A DNA stretch of 64,000 nucleotides, taken from the NCBI GenBank assembly GCA_013265495.1, contig MU057711.1, positions 1,240,001-1,304,000 of the forward strand, written 5' to 3'. This document shows positions 11,381-24,019 of the stretch, one piece after another (within the stretch, counting starts at the first letter, position 1; every line of letters begins with the position of its first letter). This stretch comes from Vicugna vicugna (lineage: Eukaryota). The notes beneath the pieces are model-generated. The model was given only the letters and a program-made list of their open reading frames with translations. It was not told the origin of the DNA and did no database searches. Position numbers and translations under genes: made by a program.

Positions 11381-11689
11381 GGAAGCCTCTGCTATTCCAT
11401 TTGGACAGAGCAAGAAGCCAGAGGAACGGGACAAGTCACTTTCCTCCTGGTCCTCCGGGACCTCCGTTCAGTTGCTTCACAGAAAGACTGCAATCCCAAG
11501 TGCTTTGCAGCCCCTCTCAGAAAAGAGTCTTTAAATCCAGGTCACAAGAATCTCTGGTCCCACAAACACTCCATGGGAGGTATGATGTGATGCTAGGTGT
11601 GGGGCACCTGGGCAGTAGATGTCACCACCAGACCTTGAAGGTGGGAACTGGAAGAGGAGCTAAACAAGGCTTCAGACCCAACCTTACTG

Positions 11690-11815
11690 GTTTTGTGCCT
11701 GAAGCAAGCCACTTGATTTATAAACATCAGTGTCCTCATCAATAAAATGGGAGTAATTAGAATTCCTTTGTTGTGGAGGTCAGATGAGAAAAGTGGATGG
11801 GAAAATACTTCACAG
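11690..11815 (+). mobile_element. MIR SINE fragment
   Basis: 'cagtgtcctcatcaataaaatgggagtaat' MIR core. Confidence 0.65.
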
Positions 11816-12469
11816 GCTTCATGCAAAGGAGAGCGGTTGCTGCTGCCTTTTTTGGCCATGCTCACTGGGTTGTAGACTGCGTCCCAGTCAGAAGGTTTCC
11901 GTGGGGCCTCTGATGAACTTGGCATTCTTCTGTCTTCATCCAGTTTTCTGCCTGGAATGTTCTTGTCTCCCTCTCTGCCTGTCTGACTTCAGCTCACCCC
12001 TCGTGCTTACCCATCACGTTTCCTTGGTCTCCATGAACATCCTTGTCTCCCACAGCCTGGTTCACGTGTGAGTCCAGAGCAGAGTGTCAGATGATGGGGG
12101 TGGAACCAGAGAGGGGCCCAAAGGAAGCTGGTAGGTGTGGCTCTGTCAGTCTTTGATGATGAAAATAAATCATCATGAGCCTGAGAACTCCTTGAGGATG
12201 GAGATGGAGATTTATAACTGTACTCTTGGGCCATCCATTAATTGAAATTAGATGTCATTAACGAAGGACTTCTGAGCCCACCTTGCACTTGCTCGATGCT
12301 GAGTCCCTGCCTCCTTACATTTTGTGCCCTAAGGCACCTCACTGGCCTCCCTCTAGTCCCAGCTCTGCTATGCCGGGCATAGAGGGGAATTTAGAGACAG
12401 ATAGTAAAGCATGGCTGCTGCTCTTTCTTAAGAGGAACAAAGAAAGAATATCAATATCAATAAAGAGAA

Positions 12470-12800
12470 ATTTTCATTTAGTCATTTGTGCAGCAAATAT
12501 TTACTGACTTATTCCAGGCACCTTGGTAGACATCATGGATTCAGGATGGGAATCACAGAGCTCACAAGCCAGTGGAGCACATGTCAGGGGACAGTCACAG
12601 TTGAATGTGATGGCAACCATGGTAGGAGGTACAGGGAAGGCTTCTCAGAGGAGGCACATCCAGTGAAGACCTGAGAGGTGGGAAGGAGCTGGCCAGATAT
12701 GAGGGGGTAGGAAATACTCCAGGCTGAGGGAGTCAAGATGTGCAGGGCACAGACGGGCAACTGAAAAGAATTTGGTATTGCTACAACTCAGAGGAGGGTG
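12470..12800 (-). mobile_element. L2 LINE 3' fragment
   Basis: 'cattt...caaatatttactga...ccaggcac...agggaaggcttctcagaggagg' L2 motifs. Confidence 0.6.
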
Positions 12801-12879
12801 GGCAGTGGGGATGGAAAGGGTGATGGGTCATAAAACTGAACCCTGGGAATTACCCATAACCTATAAGTTAGTTACCGTT

Positions 12880-12990
12880 GCCATCATATCCATATTACAG
12901 ATGAAGAACACAAGATCAGAGAGGCTGGATTGCTTGTCCAAGTCACAGAGCTAGAATGGGTTAGAACTGAAAACTTGATCTTGATTGGTC
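12880..12990 (-). mobile_element. MIR SINE fragment
   Basis: 'tacagatgaagaacacaagatcagagagg...cttgtccaagtcacagagctag'. Confidence 0.7.
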
Positions 12991-13004
12991 TGGTTCCAAA
13001 GGAT

Positions 13005-13190
13005 AGGCTGTGTGACTTTGAGTGAGTTACTTAACTGCTCTGTGCTTCAGTCCTCAGCCAAAAATGGAACTACTAATATCGACCGCTAGAGTTGAGTTTT
13101 CTGAGAATCAAATGAGTTAATACTTGAAAAGTATCTTCTAGACAGTCTCACGTATGATAAGGGCTCAGTCATGTTAGCTACTCTTATTAG
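13005..13190 (+). mobile_element. MIR SINE fragment
   Basis: 'gctgtgtgactttgagtgagttacttaactgctctgtgcttcag...aaatgagttaatac'. Confidence 0.7.
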
Positions 13191-14734
13191 GCTGGATTGG
13201 AAAAGAGAGAGATTAAAAGGAATATTATCTTTCAGTCTGGAGGCCACTGCTACTGTGGGGCTGAGAGGTATGGCTGTGGGATGAAGGAGAGGAACAGCGT
13301 GCAGGTGAAATGCCATATTCCCCTTTGGCTATCGGTCTGGGGGGCTGGGTTTCTTTGTCCATTTAAGCTGCCTGCAGACTGGAGGGGACACGTGCTGCCT
13401 GCAGAAAGGTTGGTTGCTCCTGAGAACAATATAGATTTCTTCTGTGAGCTTCAGGAAACCGCATCCCAGTGAGTGTTGCAGTATTGACTCAACCTGCTGG
13501 GACGTGTGGTTGCCAAGGGCAATGCAATCAGCTTCTTGGCCCATTCCTTCTCCCTGTGGCTTCCAATGACTCTGTTTCCAACAGAGTGGTTTAGGGCCCT
13601 GTCACTTCCAGGACTTTCTGTTTTCCTTCCCTGGAGGTGGGGAACCAGTGTTAAGGTCTGGTCAGAGGTGTTGTGGTTGGAGGCGCCAGCCAGGAACTCC
13701 CTGATCTGGGGTGAGGAGACAACTCATTGAGTGTCCTGGGGCCAGGCAGCTCTAGCTCCAATGGGGAGTTTGTGGTGTGCCATGAAGGAGCATCACCCTG
13801 ATATCCACTAGTCCTCCTCTTCTATGCCATGGAACCCTCGCCCCTACTGGCCATTCCTTTGGGTGATTTGTCCAACTTTTGTCTGTTCATGTACTGGGCC
13901 TGTGGCAGAAGGAGTTCAGAAAAGAGAGCAGGGTCAGTGATGGTTGAGGCAGTCAGCAGAGGATTTGGGGAAGTAGGGGCATCTGGATAGGAGGGTGGGG
14001 GTGGTGTCTGGGTGGAGAGCACATTGGATTGCGTCTGCACATCTGACAGCAGAGTTTCCATCACGTTTTCTCACCACTAAAGTCCCAGAACCTGGGAGTG
14101 GCTCAGAGCAGAAGCTCAACAATCCAGGTAAAATGATGGATTAGGTCCAAGATTGGGAGACTTTGGTTCTTGTTTTGGCTCTGTCATTATCTGGTTTTGT
14201 GATCTTGACAATTTACATCCACTCCTAGAACTTGAGGTGTGGTCAATGCCACCCAAACCTCAAGACCTCAGATGGGGGTGGGATTTGGTCTCCCCCCAGG
14301 TTGAAGTGTCATTACCAGGGGCAAGAGAATGGATGATGGGAAGGCGAGTGCACGTGTACTTGCGTGTGCGCACCTGTGCACACACACACAGACGCTTGTT
14401 TCAATATCTCATTTCTCCTCTGACTCTTTACTCAAACCCATCACAACAGCCAAGTTGTTCACAATAATAACCACAGATCAGTGTGCTTTAGTGGGTTCTG
14501 AGTCGACCCCGGAACTCAAGCTTCTCAGCTCAGTGGTGGGTCTTCTTGCTCATACCACACAGAGAGAGACCCTTAATGTCCCCCAGAAGCCTGGAGGTGA
14601 TTCCCAGGACCTAATAATACTGCAGAGGAGAAGAAAGACAAGACTCATTGGTGGGGCTCATGCATTTATTCATTGTCGGAAATCCACAGAGGATCCTCTC
14701 TATGCCAAGCTCCAAGACTGGCAAAGCATATGAG

Positions 14735-14980
14735 AGTCAGGATAGGCTAAGTTCTGCTGGAATAACAAACACTTCCCACATCTCTGTGACTTAAACAACA
14801 AGGGTTATTTTTTTGCCTGTGCTGGGTTGTCACTGTAGTCCGGCAGGGGGTTTATTGTCCCTTTTTCCTGTGGGCTCAAACTGATGGAGCAGCTGTTCTC
14901 TGGAACATGGCTTTCCTTGTGGCAGGGGGGACGTGGGGCTGGTGAGACACATACTGGGTTTTAGAGCCAGAGTGGGGAGT
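14735..14980 (-). mobile_element. ERVL-class LTR fragment (LTR33-like)
   Basis: 'gtcaggataggctaagttctgctggaataacaaac...ctctgtgacttaaacaacaagggttattt'. Confidence 0.5.
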
Positions 14981-15249
14981 GGAACATCTTAAAAAATTGG
15001 GCAAGAGCTCGATGGTGAAGACCCTTGAGAACCATGATGATAAGACATTTTTACTTGGTCCTGTAGAGCTGCCTTCGAATTGGCCTCACCTCTGGAGCTG
15101 AATCTGAACTTCCCCTCTTGGTTTCCACGATCAGAACCAGTGTATTCTCACGACAGACTCAGGGACCTGAGAAGCTTCTGGCCAGCATTTGTTCAGACCA
15201 TCAGATCCTGCCTTGGTGTCGTCTCACTTGGAAAATCTGTGCAGCTGAA

Positions 15250-15800
15250 GAGAAGCCATGTATGTAGAAGAGATAACTGGAGTGCACTCCGGTTAGATTT
15301 AAGCTCTCACCGTCTCCCTATAATTAAGTGCCAAGTGGTTATTAAACAATACATTTACAGAATTCTGACAACTGTGTAAGAACCGTTCCTCTCCTACAGT
15401 GAATATTCCCCAGTAAATACACTTGTAATACTCCACTGGCTTTTAATTAACCCAACTCGCCTATAAACCCATTTATCTTTTAAAAAGATGGTTGCTCCAT
15501 GTGCAATACGTGTCAATAGATAATTAAAATGTTTTTCTTAGAGAATGAACAGGGAGATGTGATCTATGCATTTCAGAACCTTATTATTAGAAATGTTATT
15601 TATTGACGTTTAAACACTTGTTACTTGGTAACTATATAGCGACTCTGTCTCTTTAATACCAAAATTAAGCAGGCACTGCAGACAGAATGTGCAATGTTAG
15701 CAAACCTCTTGGGTCACAATTAAATAGAACAAGTAATAAACGTTCAATTCTGGTTTAGGAAACAAACGCCCCAATCTGGCTTCCTTTCCATCAGAACTTG
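15250..15800. promoter_or_regulatory. Candidate AT-rich conserved non-coding element / enhancer
   Basis: No recognisable repeat; several TAATTA/AATTAA homeodomain cores and forkhead/SOX-like TAAACA, AAACAA motifs. Inference only. Confidence 0.3.
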
Positions 15801-16175
15801 GGAGGGCGTGTCCTTGCTCTCCCAGGAGCAGCCTGCCCGTGTCGCTGTTTCAAATGCAGACAGTTTGTTTTTTTTTTTCAGAGCAGCAGTTTCTTCTAGA
15901 AATAACAGCTCCAAAGTGTTTTGGGAACCTTAGAATAAAAGACAGTGTGAAACTGCTTTGGGGAATGTAGAATTTTCCAGAACTAGTGGCTGGCCAGAGC
16001 CCCAGGCCTGAGAGTAGCCCTGTGTCTGGTGATGGCAGCCTTCAGAGAGAAGGCATCCCGCGCCCTGGTGGCCGGCAGCCTGGCAGGGGGGCCCTTTCCT
16101 GCCTCTCCGGGCTGCATCATGCCTGCATCTCGGTCTAAAGGCCCTGGCTTGTTGTCCCGTTTACCATGAGTCCCT

Positions 16176-17013
16176 TATTGTGAGTTCACTTGTGTCCCCA
16201 GAGAGCTGTTGAAATTCTAACCCCCAGTACCTGTGAATGTGACTGTATTAGTTTGCCAGAGCTGACATACAAAATACCACCGCCTAGAGGTTTCAACAGC
16301 AGAAAGTTACCCTCACAGTTCTGGAGGCTTGATGCCCAAGATCAAGGCTTTGGCAGGACTGGTTTCTCCAAGGCTCTCTCCTTGGCTTGCCGATGGCTGC
16401 CTTCTTACCATGTTCTCACATAGTCTTTCCTCTGTACATGCCCCCTCCTGGCATCTCCTCCTCTTCTTAGAAGGATACCAATCATATAGGATTAGTGTCC
16501 TGCCTTTATGACTTCATTCAACCTTGATTACCTCGTTAAAGCCCCTATCTCTAAATACAGTCACATTGGGGAATAGGGTTTCAACATGTGAACTTTTGGG
16601 GGTGGGGACACAATAGTGTCCATAACAGTGACCTTATTTGGAAATAGAATGATCAAGATCACGACATTACGATAAAGACCCATATTAGGATGAGTCCTCA
16701 TCCAATATAACTGCATCTTTATGAAAAGGGAAAATTTGGACGTAGAGACAGACAGGTGCACAGAGAGCATGCCATGTGAAGATGAAGGCAGAGCTCAGAG
16801 GGATGCACCTACAAGCCAGGGAAGGCCAGCAATGGCCAGAAAACCACCCGAGGCCAGGAAGGGACCTGGAGCAAGTTCTCCCTCAGCCCTCAGAGGGAAT
16901 CAGCCCTGCCGACACCTTGATCTCAGATCAAATGTATCAGAGACAATACATTTCTGTTGTTTAAGCCCCTGACTTGCAGTACTTTGCTACAGAAGCCCCA
17001 GAAAGTGAATACA
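16176..17013 (+). mobile_element. MLT1C-like MaLR solo LTR, interrupted by a second MaLR LTR
   Basis: 'tgtgtcccca...aacccccagtacctgtgaatgtgac' resumes as 'cttatttggaaatag...ccatgtgaagatgaaggcagag...ctacaagccagggaa...aataca'. Confidence 0.85.
16244..16627 (-). mobile_element. MLT1A-like MaLR solo LTR nested in MLT1C-like LTR
   Basis: TG...CA termini; perfect 5-bp TSD GTGAC at 16239-16243 and 16628-16632. Confidence 0.85.
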
Positions 17014-17099
17014 CTCTCTGACAAAGAAATTCTATCACACCCTGTCCCTCCTGCCGATCCTCCTTGGGCTCTCAGGCAACCGTGACCCATGGACTTGGG

Positions 17100-17383
17100 T
17101 GACAAAGCAAGACTCTCAGTCAATTAAAGGGATTCTGTAGACTAACATGAGGTTCCCTAGACAGTCTATTAGGGTGATGGAAAAAGATATAACATTATTT
17201 TATCTTAAGTCTCACTTTGGGGTATATTTTTATCATGTACGAGATACTAGTATAATGGTCCACAGATGTCCATAGATGCTTTATAAATAAACAGTTGCAG
17301 TTACATTGAAAGGGGAGGGGTCCATGTTCAACATGTTTTGACTGATAGGGCTGTGTGAGCACACAATTTGAAGCCCACTGTTC
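17100..17383. mobile_element. Degraded hAT-Charlie-type DNA transposon relic
   Basis: End 'tttgaagcccactg' followed by TTCTAAGG resembles a Charlie TIR and target; subfamily uncertain. Confidence 0.35.
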
Positions 17384-19159
17384 TAAGGGAGGAAGTCAGT
17401 GCTGAAAAATTAGATCGGGGGCTGCCGTTGAGGAATATTTAATGTAAGAATCAGAAGAAAAGATTTGAAAAGGCTCATGAGAATTCTTAAGGGTGTAAAA
17501 GAAGATTCAACAAACAAAAGACTGGAGACAAATAGCAGATTTCTCCATTGCCTTCGAGCCCTGCACTTGGACTGTTTGTGGCTTCATAGTATGTTTCACA
17601 GTTTGTGCTATTTTGACCTCCTTCAAGCAGAGGCCTCATTTGTCTCAGTCCAGGGTCCTCTGCCCCCACCAACTTGCCCGGCCACAATGAGGTCACAGGG
17701 GTGATTAACAGTGCTCTACATGGCAGGACCCAAGCCAACACAGAACACGGGGAATTTTTCTCTTTAAGCCATTCCATCCTGAGACTGGCAGGTGAGCTGT
17801 GGGTCAGGGAATAGAGGAGAGTGAGATGGATAGAGGCAGGAAGGCAGACCTCAGAGGGAGAAGTAGGTAAACAGAGAAAATTACAGGAGGAGGGCATCTG
17901 AGAAGCAGCAAGAGAGATGGTCTAGGGGCTGAGTGAGGAGGCAGAAGGCTGGAGGCAGGGCAAAACCATGGGATGAATTCAGCACTGCTAAAGGGTGTAC
18001 AGACAACTGGTAATTTTGTCATACAGCATGGTTTCAGTTGTTTGGGGTTTTCCTTAGGAATGATCCTAATCTGTATTATTTCACTCATTCGAATACACAT
18101 CTGTGCATCCTTTACATCTGGAGTTTGGGTAATTGTGTTATAGGTTCTAGAGTGGGCAGGGCAAGAACATGTTTTGGTGGGGCCTTGGAGCACCAGTCTT
18201 CAGGTTGTGGAGCCCCAGTCTCTGGATGTCAGCCATTACACCACCATGGGGGGCTCTGAGCCTCTCCCCAGGAAGCCGAGAACAGATGCTCTCTTTGCCC
18301 TAGTAGTTGCCTTGATACAGGAGAGAGTGAGCAAGGCAGGCTCTGGGTGTGGATACTTCCCTTCCTCTCCTCCCCGTGTTACCATAGTATCTGGTTTCCT
18401 TGGTTACCGATCGGCCAAGGAAAGGACACTGGGCAAGTGCAGGATTCTGATGGAGCTCTCTAAAGAGAGATGTCAGCAAAGACCTTGTCTCTTTTAAAAG
18501 AACACTCGTTCTGAGAGGTTGCTCAAGAAGGGGGTGGGGAAGGAATGGGTGGTTCTCGTGAAGTTGGGATTTAGAAATTTCATCTCACCAGGCAGACATG
18601 AGACACTGAAAAGGTAACCTTGAGGAATCAATGCCAGGGAGGCCTTACCCAGCTTTGCATATCACTGGAGATCTGGAATTGGCAGGAAGGCTGTGATGCT
18701 AATTAAGAAATGATTTCTGCAAATGCTCACTTTAACTGCCCTAGCTTGGGCTAGCTCAGTAACAGGCCTGCTATTTTCCCTTGATAATTAAGCACCCTTG
18801 GGGAGTATGTGGATATGCCACTTCCGCTGTGAGCATCGACGTGAGCCTTTCAATGTCCCATGAGGCCACATAAACCCATGAAGTCTCTGCAGAGAGCCTC
18901 TGAATTTTTTTTTTTTGGACTGCTAAATGATGTGGGGGAGAGCAGCCCTCAATTCTACTCATCTTTTGAGAATCGATCAAGATATCTCTCCCTCCAATAC
19001 GTTGGTCCTGACATCTCCACCCCAGTTAGTTGCTCTTCTTCAAGAACTCCAAGAGTGATGTGAACATTTTATTGTTGTATTTACTACTTTGTTTACTAAT
19101 TGTATGATTATCTCCCCTACTTAATTTTGAGTTTTCTCATTTTTATTTCTTTTTCAGAA

Positions 19160-19550
19160 GTGTGCTATTTTTGGAGAGAGAGGTAGGTAACACATAAAGA
19201 TGGCTAACCAATCAAATCAGTATGAAAGGGTGTATGATCAAAAGCCTCCTCTGTCTGGAGCCCTGGCGCCCCATCGTACCCTACTCATAGAGGCAGCCCT
19301 TGTATCCACTTGTTGTGCGTTCTTCTAGAGATGCAGAGATGAGTGTATTTGTCTTTGGCCCTTCCTATTCCTTCTTCATCTTCCATCTTCCTCCCTCCCT
19401 CTGTAACCCAAATGATACAGTAAAATCTACACTATTATGCTTGACACAATTTTAAAATTATCAATCTATCTTGAAGATCTTTTCATATAAGCATGTTAAA
19501 ATAGAATAGGATTTTTAAAATTGCAACATAGCATTCTACTGTATGCAGTC
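19160..19550 (-). mobile_element. Ancient L1 (L1ME-like) fragment
   Basis: 'atcttgaagatcttttcatat...ttttaaaattgcaacatagcattctactgtatg'. Confidence 0.4.
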
Positions 19551-20734
19551 TACCTCTTTCCTTCCTCCTCCTGGACTTCCAAAGGCTCCTAGTACAGACC
19601 CAGGTCATAGTAGATGGTCAAATAAACAAATGAATAAAAACTCTCTGTGTTCAGAGGGACCTTAATGCATATGAAAAGATCAACTGCATGGAAATGTATC
19701 TTTTCCCCAAAAGCAAGAGATATGTATTTGCGGGGCATGGAGGGGGTGAGGTAGTGCCAGTGAACCTGCTGGGGGGAGAGAAAGGAGAAAGAGACAAAAG
19801 GTGTCGCAAATGGAAGCAGACGTAAGCATCAAACTTACTAGGACTTCTGTTTATTTATTTGATGCACAGGTGGCCTCTCAGCTGGTGTTCAGTGCATACT
19901 GTTCATTCTTAGGCTGGCATTTTTGACTACAGGTCTGGATTTGTTTTTGTTTGCTTGTTTGCTGGTTCTTTGTGGTCAGGGGCAATGTGAAACCTCTGGC
20001 TGTCACCTGTGGCTGGCTGCTAGCCCTGTGCAGCCTGGTTTATAGCTCAGAGCTGCCATGGTCAACAAGAGGCTGCCTGGATGGTGCAGTGGAGATGCCA
20101 GCTGGCCTCACACTCAGGGGCACTCTTAGATTTTCCAGGAGAGTGGAAACTCCTAAGGGCTCCTTCCCCTGCTTTCTCTCTGTGATAAAGCTAAGAGTTC
20201 AGGGGAAGCCACGCACACTGTAGTTTCCTCCTTAGAGACTATTGTCCTGAGTTTAGTCCTTAACCCACACCTGCAATTATTTGTGTCCCCACTTTGAAGC
20301 AGACAGATATCCAGGCGGCTTGAAGGAGGCTGTGCTTGCTGGAGGAGGTGACAGAAGGGCAGGGTGTAAGAACTAAAATTAAGACTCAATATTATGTGCT
20401 TGCCTTGACATCCGGTAGAATCGGGAGTTTCCTCCAGTGGTCTGACTGTGAGTTTCTCCCCTAAGGCTGCTCCCCAGGTTAAGGTCCCCAGCTCAATCAC
20501 CCTCTTACCAAGGAACCAAGCACAGTTCCTGCTTATCCCTGGATAGTGGGGTGGGGAAGCGTGAGAGATGACTCGGTTTGGGGTCAGGGCTTTTTCTCAA
20601 GCTCAAAATTTACCTTGCCTGGCAAGGCCAAGTGAGGAACAGGAGACTTCTCTTTCAAAATCCCCATTAGGAGCTGAGTCTAAGTTTATAGGGAGTCACA
20701 GGAGAATTTGACACGGCTCAGCCACTGGGTTCAT

Positions 20735-20950
20735 AGATGCATTTGTTCATTCACTTTGTCTGTATTTATTGGTATCTTATTATGTTTCAGGGAAGCATTG
20801 TGTCCGGTGCTGGGGAAAGAGTAGTGAATTCAACAGATGTGGACCTAACTCGAATGGAGCTCAGAGATTGGTGGAAAAAGGCATCAAAGAAGGAACCAAA
20901 TGGATACATAATACTGACTGATGAAGTGCTATAATGGAAAAGATGCTATG
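20735..20950 (-). mobile_element. L2 LINE 3' fragment
   Basis: 'catttgttcattc...tatttattgg...ggtgctgggga...gtgaa...atggagctca'. Confidence 0.6.
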
Positions 20951-20954
20951 AGGG

Positions 20955-21330
20955 TCTTATTAGTTAGGATACTTTCATTTGCAAGCAGTAGAAACTCATC
21001 TCAAAGTGGTCCAAGCAGAAAGGTGAATTGGCTCAGGTGACTGGGTCTTTATCTCACTACCTTTTCCTCTGTTAGCCTTCCTCTTGGGCTTTTCCCAGAT
21101 ACCAAGGGTCCTGGTGGCCAGCAGTCCTGTGGATATGTTCATACAGCTTGTGATCCAAGGAGAAACAGAGAACTTAGCTCTCAGTGTGCTTTGTTAAACT
21201 CCTGAGGGAGGACTTTGGTCGCTTAGCAGTCAATTGTCTAATTCTGTGCTGGGGGATAGATAGATCTGAGATTGAAAGTCCCACCTGAACCACAGAGAAT
21301 GGGGAAAAGACAGTTCTCCCAGAGGTATGG
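20955..21330 (-). mobile_element. MLT1-type MaLR LTR relic
   Basis: 'tattagttaggatactttcatttgcaagcagtagaaactcatctcaaagtgg' MLT1 antisense terminus. Confidence 0.55.
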
Positions 21331-21779
21331 AGGTGAAGGATGAGAAGAAAGAATTCTGCAGACAAAGACAGTGTCCACGACACAGAGGAAGCTCACTGGG
21401 CTTGTGGAGTTGGGAAAGACCTTTCTTAGGAAGTGCTATTCCGACGGAGATATTCTTTCCCTGCTTCTGGAAAGGTGTAGATGCGTTAGAGGTGCAGACA
21501 GTAGAGAGGCAGCTTATTTGGACTATTCTTTTATCTGCAAATCATTGAGGGATGGGAAGGCATGGAGAGGGTTCGTAAATACCTACAAGTCAGTCAACAA
21601 TTGTTGGGCCACCCCAGGGGAAACCATCCTGGGTGGAGTGGGCTGCCTCCTTCCTCAGAGGGGAAGTGCCGGCTGAGATGACATCTGATGATGGCAACTT
21701 CAGCACTAGGGCAGGACTGGGACTGGTGGTGCCTCTGTCTGGGCTGATGCTTGGCTTGTCTTTTTAAATAATTTGTATT

Positions 21780-22140
21780 TTATTTGTCCCTTTCATTAAA
21801 AGGGCATATACAGTACACAATGTTTCAGAAATAAACTAAGAAAAAAAGTAGATAAGCAAAAAGCAAAACAAAAAATCACTCTAGATTTTCCACTGACAAC
21901 CATTTTGATGTATAACCTTCCTTTTCTTTTCTGACTTCTTGTCTCTTAACTTCCCTTCCTTCCCTTCCTCCCCTTCTCTCTCCACATATGCACACATATG
22001 TGTGTGTGCCTGTATATGTATGTGTGTGTGTCCTTATATACACTTACATATAAAATGGACTCAGTTATGTTCTGAAATCTGCATATCTGCCATATAAATA
22101 AGCATAACATTACACTATCCTTTTAAACGTCTCCCTAAGT
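21780..22140 (-). mobile_element. Ancient L1ME-like 3' fragment, left half (host of the 22.1-26.8 kb L1)
   Basis: Joins with 26790-27050 to rebuild the old-L1 motif 'atccttttaa...tagt...atatggat...ggatatttaggctgtttc'. Confidence 0.5.
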
Positions 22141-23345
22141 TTATTAGGAATATTGTTCTACAGTTTTCTCTTCCTGTAATACCTTTGTTAAATTTTGGTT
22201 GTAGAATTAAACCAGCCTCACAAAATGAATTGGGAAATGGTTATCTCCTCTTCTTTCTTCTGAAAGAGTTTTTGTAGGATTGGTATAATTTCTCCCTTAA
22301 AAGTTTGGTAACATTGACAGGTAAAGCTTTCTGGTCCTGGAGACTTCTCTAGGGAAAAACAATAAGTTAAACATCCAATTTCTTTCATAGATATAAGGCT
22401 GCTCCGATTTTCTATTTGATAACTTTTGCCTTTCAAGGAATTTTCCCATTTCATTTATGCTTTTCAACTTATTGGCATAAAGCTGTCCATAATATCCTCG
22501 TATTATTTTTCAAATTTCTACAGGATCTATAGTGATGTCTCTTCTGTCACTCCTGATATTGGTACTGTTTCTCTCCCTCTCTTTCTTTCTCTCTTTTACC
22601 CTTTCTTTCTATCAATATGGCTAGAGATTTCTCAATTTTATTTATCTTTTAAAATAACTGGCTGTTGGTTTCATTGATTTTAAACTTTTCTCTTTTCTAA
22701 TATAAATACTTATAGGTATAAACACTTAAATGTATTCCTTCAGCACTGCTTTAACTGCATCACACAAATTTAGGTTGTGTTTTCATCATAATTTAGTTTA
22801 AATTTATTTTCTGTTTTCTCCTGTGATGTTTTTATTTGACTCATAGGCTCTTTAGGAGTGTATTGTTTAGTTTCCAAATATTTATACATTTTCCAATTAT
22901 TTATTTGTTAACGTTTTAAAATTTGACTTCATGTGGTCAGACTACAAACATAACAAGATTTCAATACATTTAAATTCACTGAAGCTTTTTTTGTTTGTTT
23001 TTTATGGCCCAGCATATGGTCTATCTTGGTAAATGTTTAAAAGAATGTGATATGCATTCTGTTGATATTGGCTGTTGCATTCTATAAATGTCAGCCAGTT
23101 GAGCTGGTTAAGAGTGTTCTTCAAGTGTTGTGTATCTTTGCAGATTTTCTGTCTACTTATTCTACTAATTACTGAGAAAAGTATGCTAAAATTTCCAACA
23201 ATAATTGTGAATTTGTTTTTTCCTCATTTAGTTTCTGTCAATTTTTTCTCATGTATTTCAAAGTTTTGTTATTAGGTGCATTCACATTTAGGATGGTTTT
23301 GTATTCTTGATGAACTGACCCTTTTATCTTTGTGAAATGGTCCTT
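22140..23345 (-). mobile_element. Inverted 5' segment of an old LINE-1 (ORF2 linker up to RT start), decayed
   Basis: ORF 22218-22454(-) KSPGPESFTCQCYQTFKGEIIPILQKLFQK resembles the L1 ORF2p Z-domain region. Confidence 0.8.
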
Positions 23346-23553
23346 TTCAAGTCTTTCAATATAGAAGAACCAAGAACACTTCCCAATTCTGTTAATGAGG
23401 CTAGTATTACCTTGGCACTAAAATCAGACCATTACAAGATAACATTACAAGATAAAACTGTAGAACAACATCCCTCATGCACATACATGAAAGCATCCTC
23501 AAGAAAATATGAACAAATTGAATCCAGCAATATGTAAAAAGCACAATACATTA

Positions 23554-24019
23554 TGTCAGCTTGAGTCCCCCAAGAAGCATATACTGAGAGTTAAGAATGC
23601 AAGAAAATTTATTTTGGGTTCACACCTGTGAAAGATAAGAGTGAGAGTACAAAATTGTTCAGGGAAAGCTCTCAAACTATGATGCAGCTCTGATACTTGT
23701 GACAGGAAAGAGAGAGGAAGTAGGATTGGCAAGGAACATCTCAGACTGTGGTTACAGCCCTAACAAAGCCTTGACTTCCCACTGGGAGCACTGTAGCAAA
23801 GAGAACTCCTGTATTTGGCAGAATTAGCAGGGTCCCAGGACCCATACTATGTTCTGTCATTGGCAGGAGCTATCTGGGAAGAGTATAGCCTTGGTTCAAA
23901 TGCCGTGGCTGATCCCAAATGCACTGCAGCTAAATGCTATCAGCTGAATGTATTCCTCATATCTGAATCACAACTCCTTTCTTAAAGGACTATCTAAGAA
24001 CACTTTCATGGCTGGCACA
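23554..24019 (-). mobile_element. ERVL LTR (LTR16-like) inserted into L1 ORF2
   Basis: TGT...ACA termini; interrupts L1 'aatacattat|g.ccaagtggga'; motifs 'gagtcccccaagaagc...ctgaga' and 'catggctggcaca'. Confidence 0.6.
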
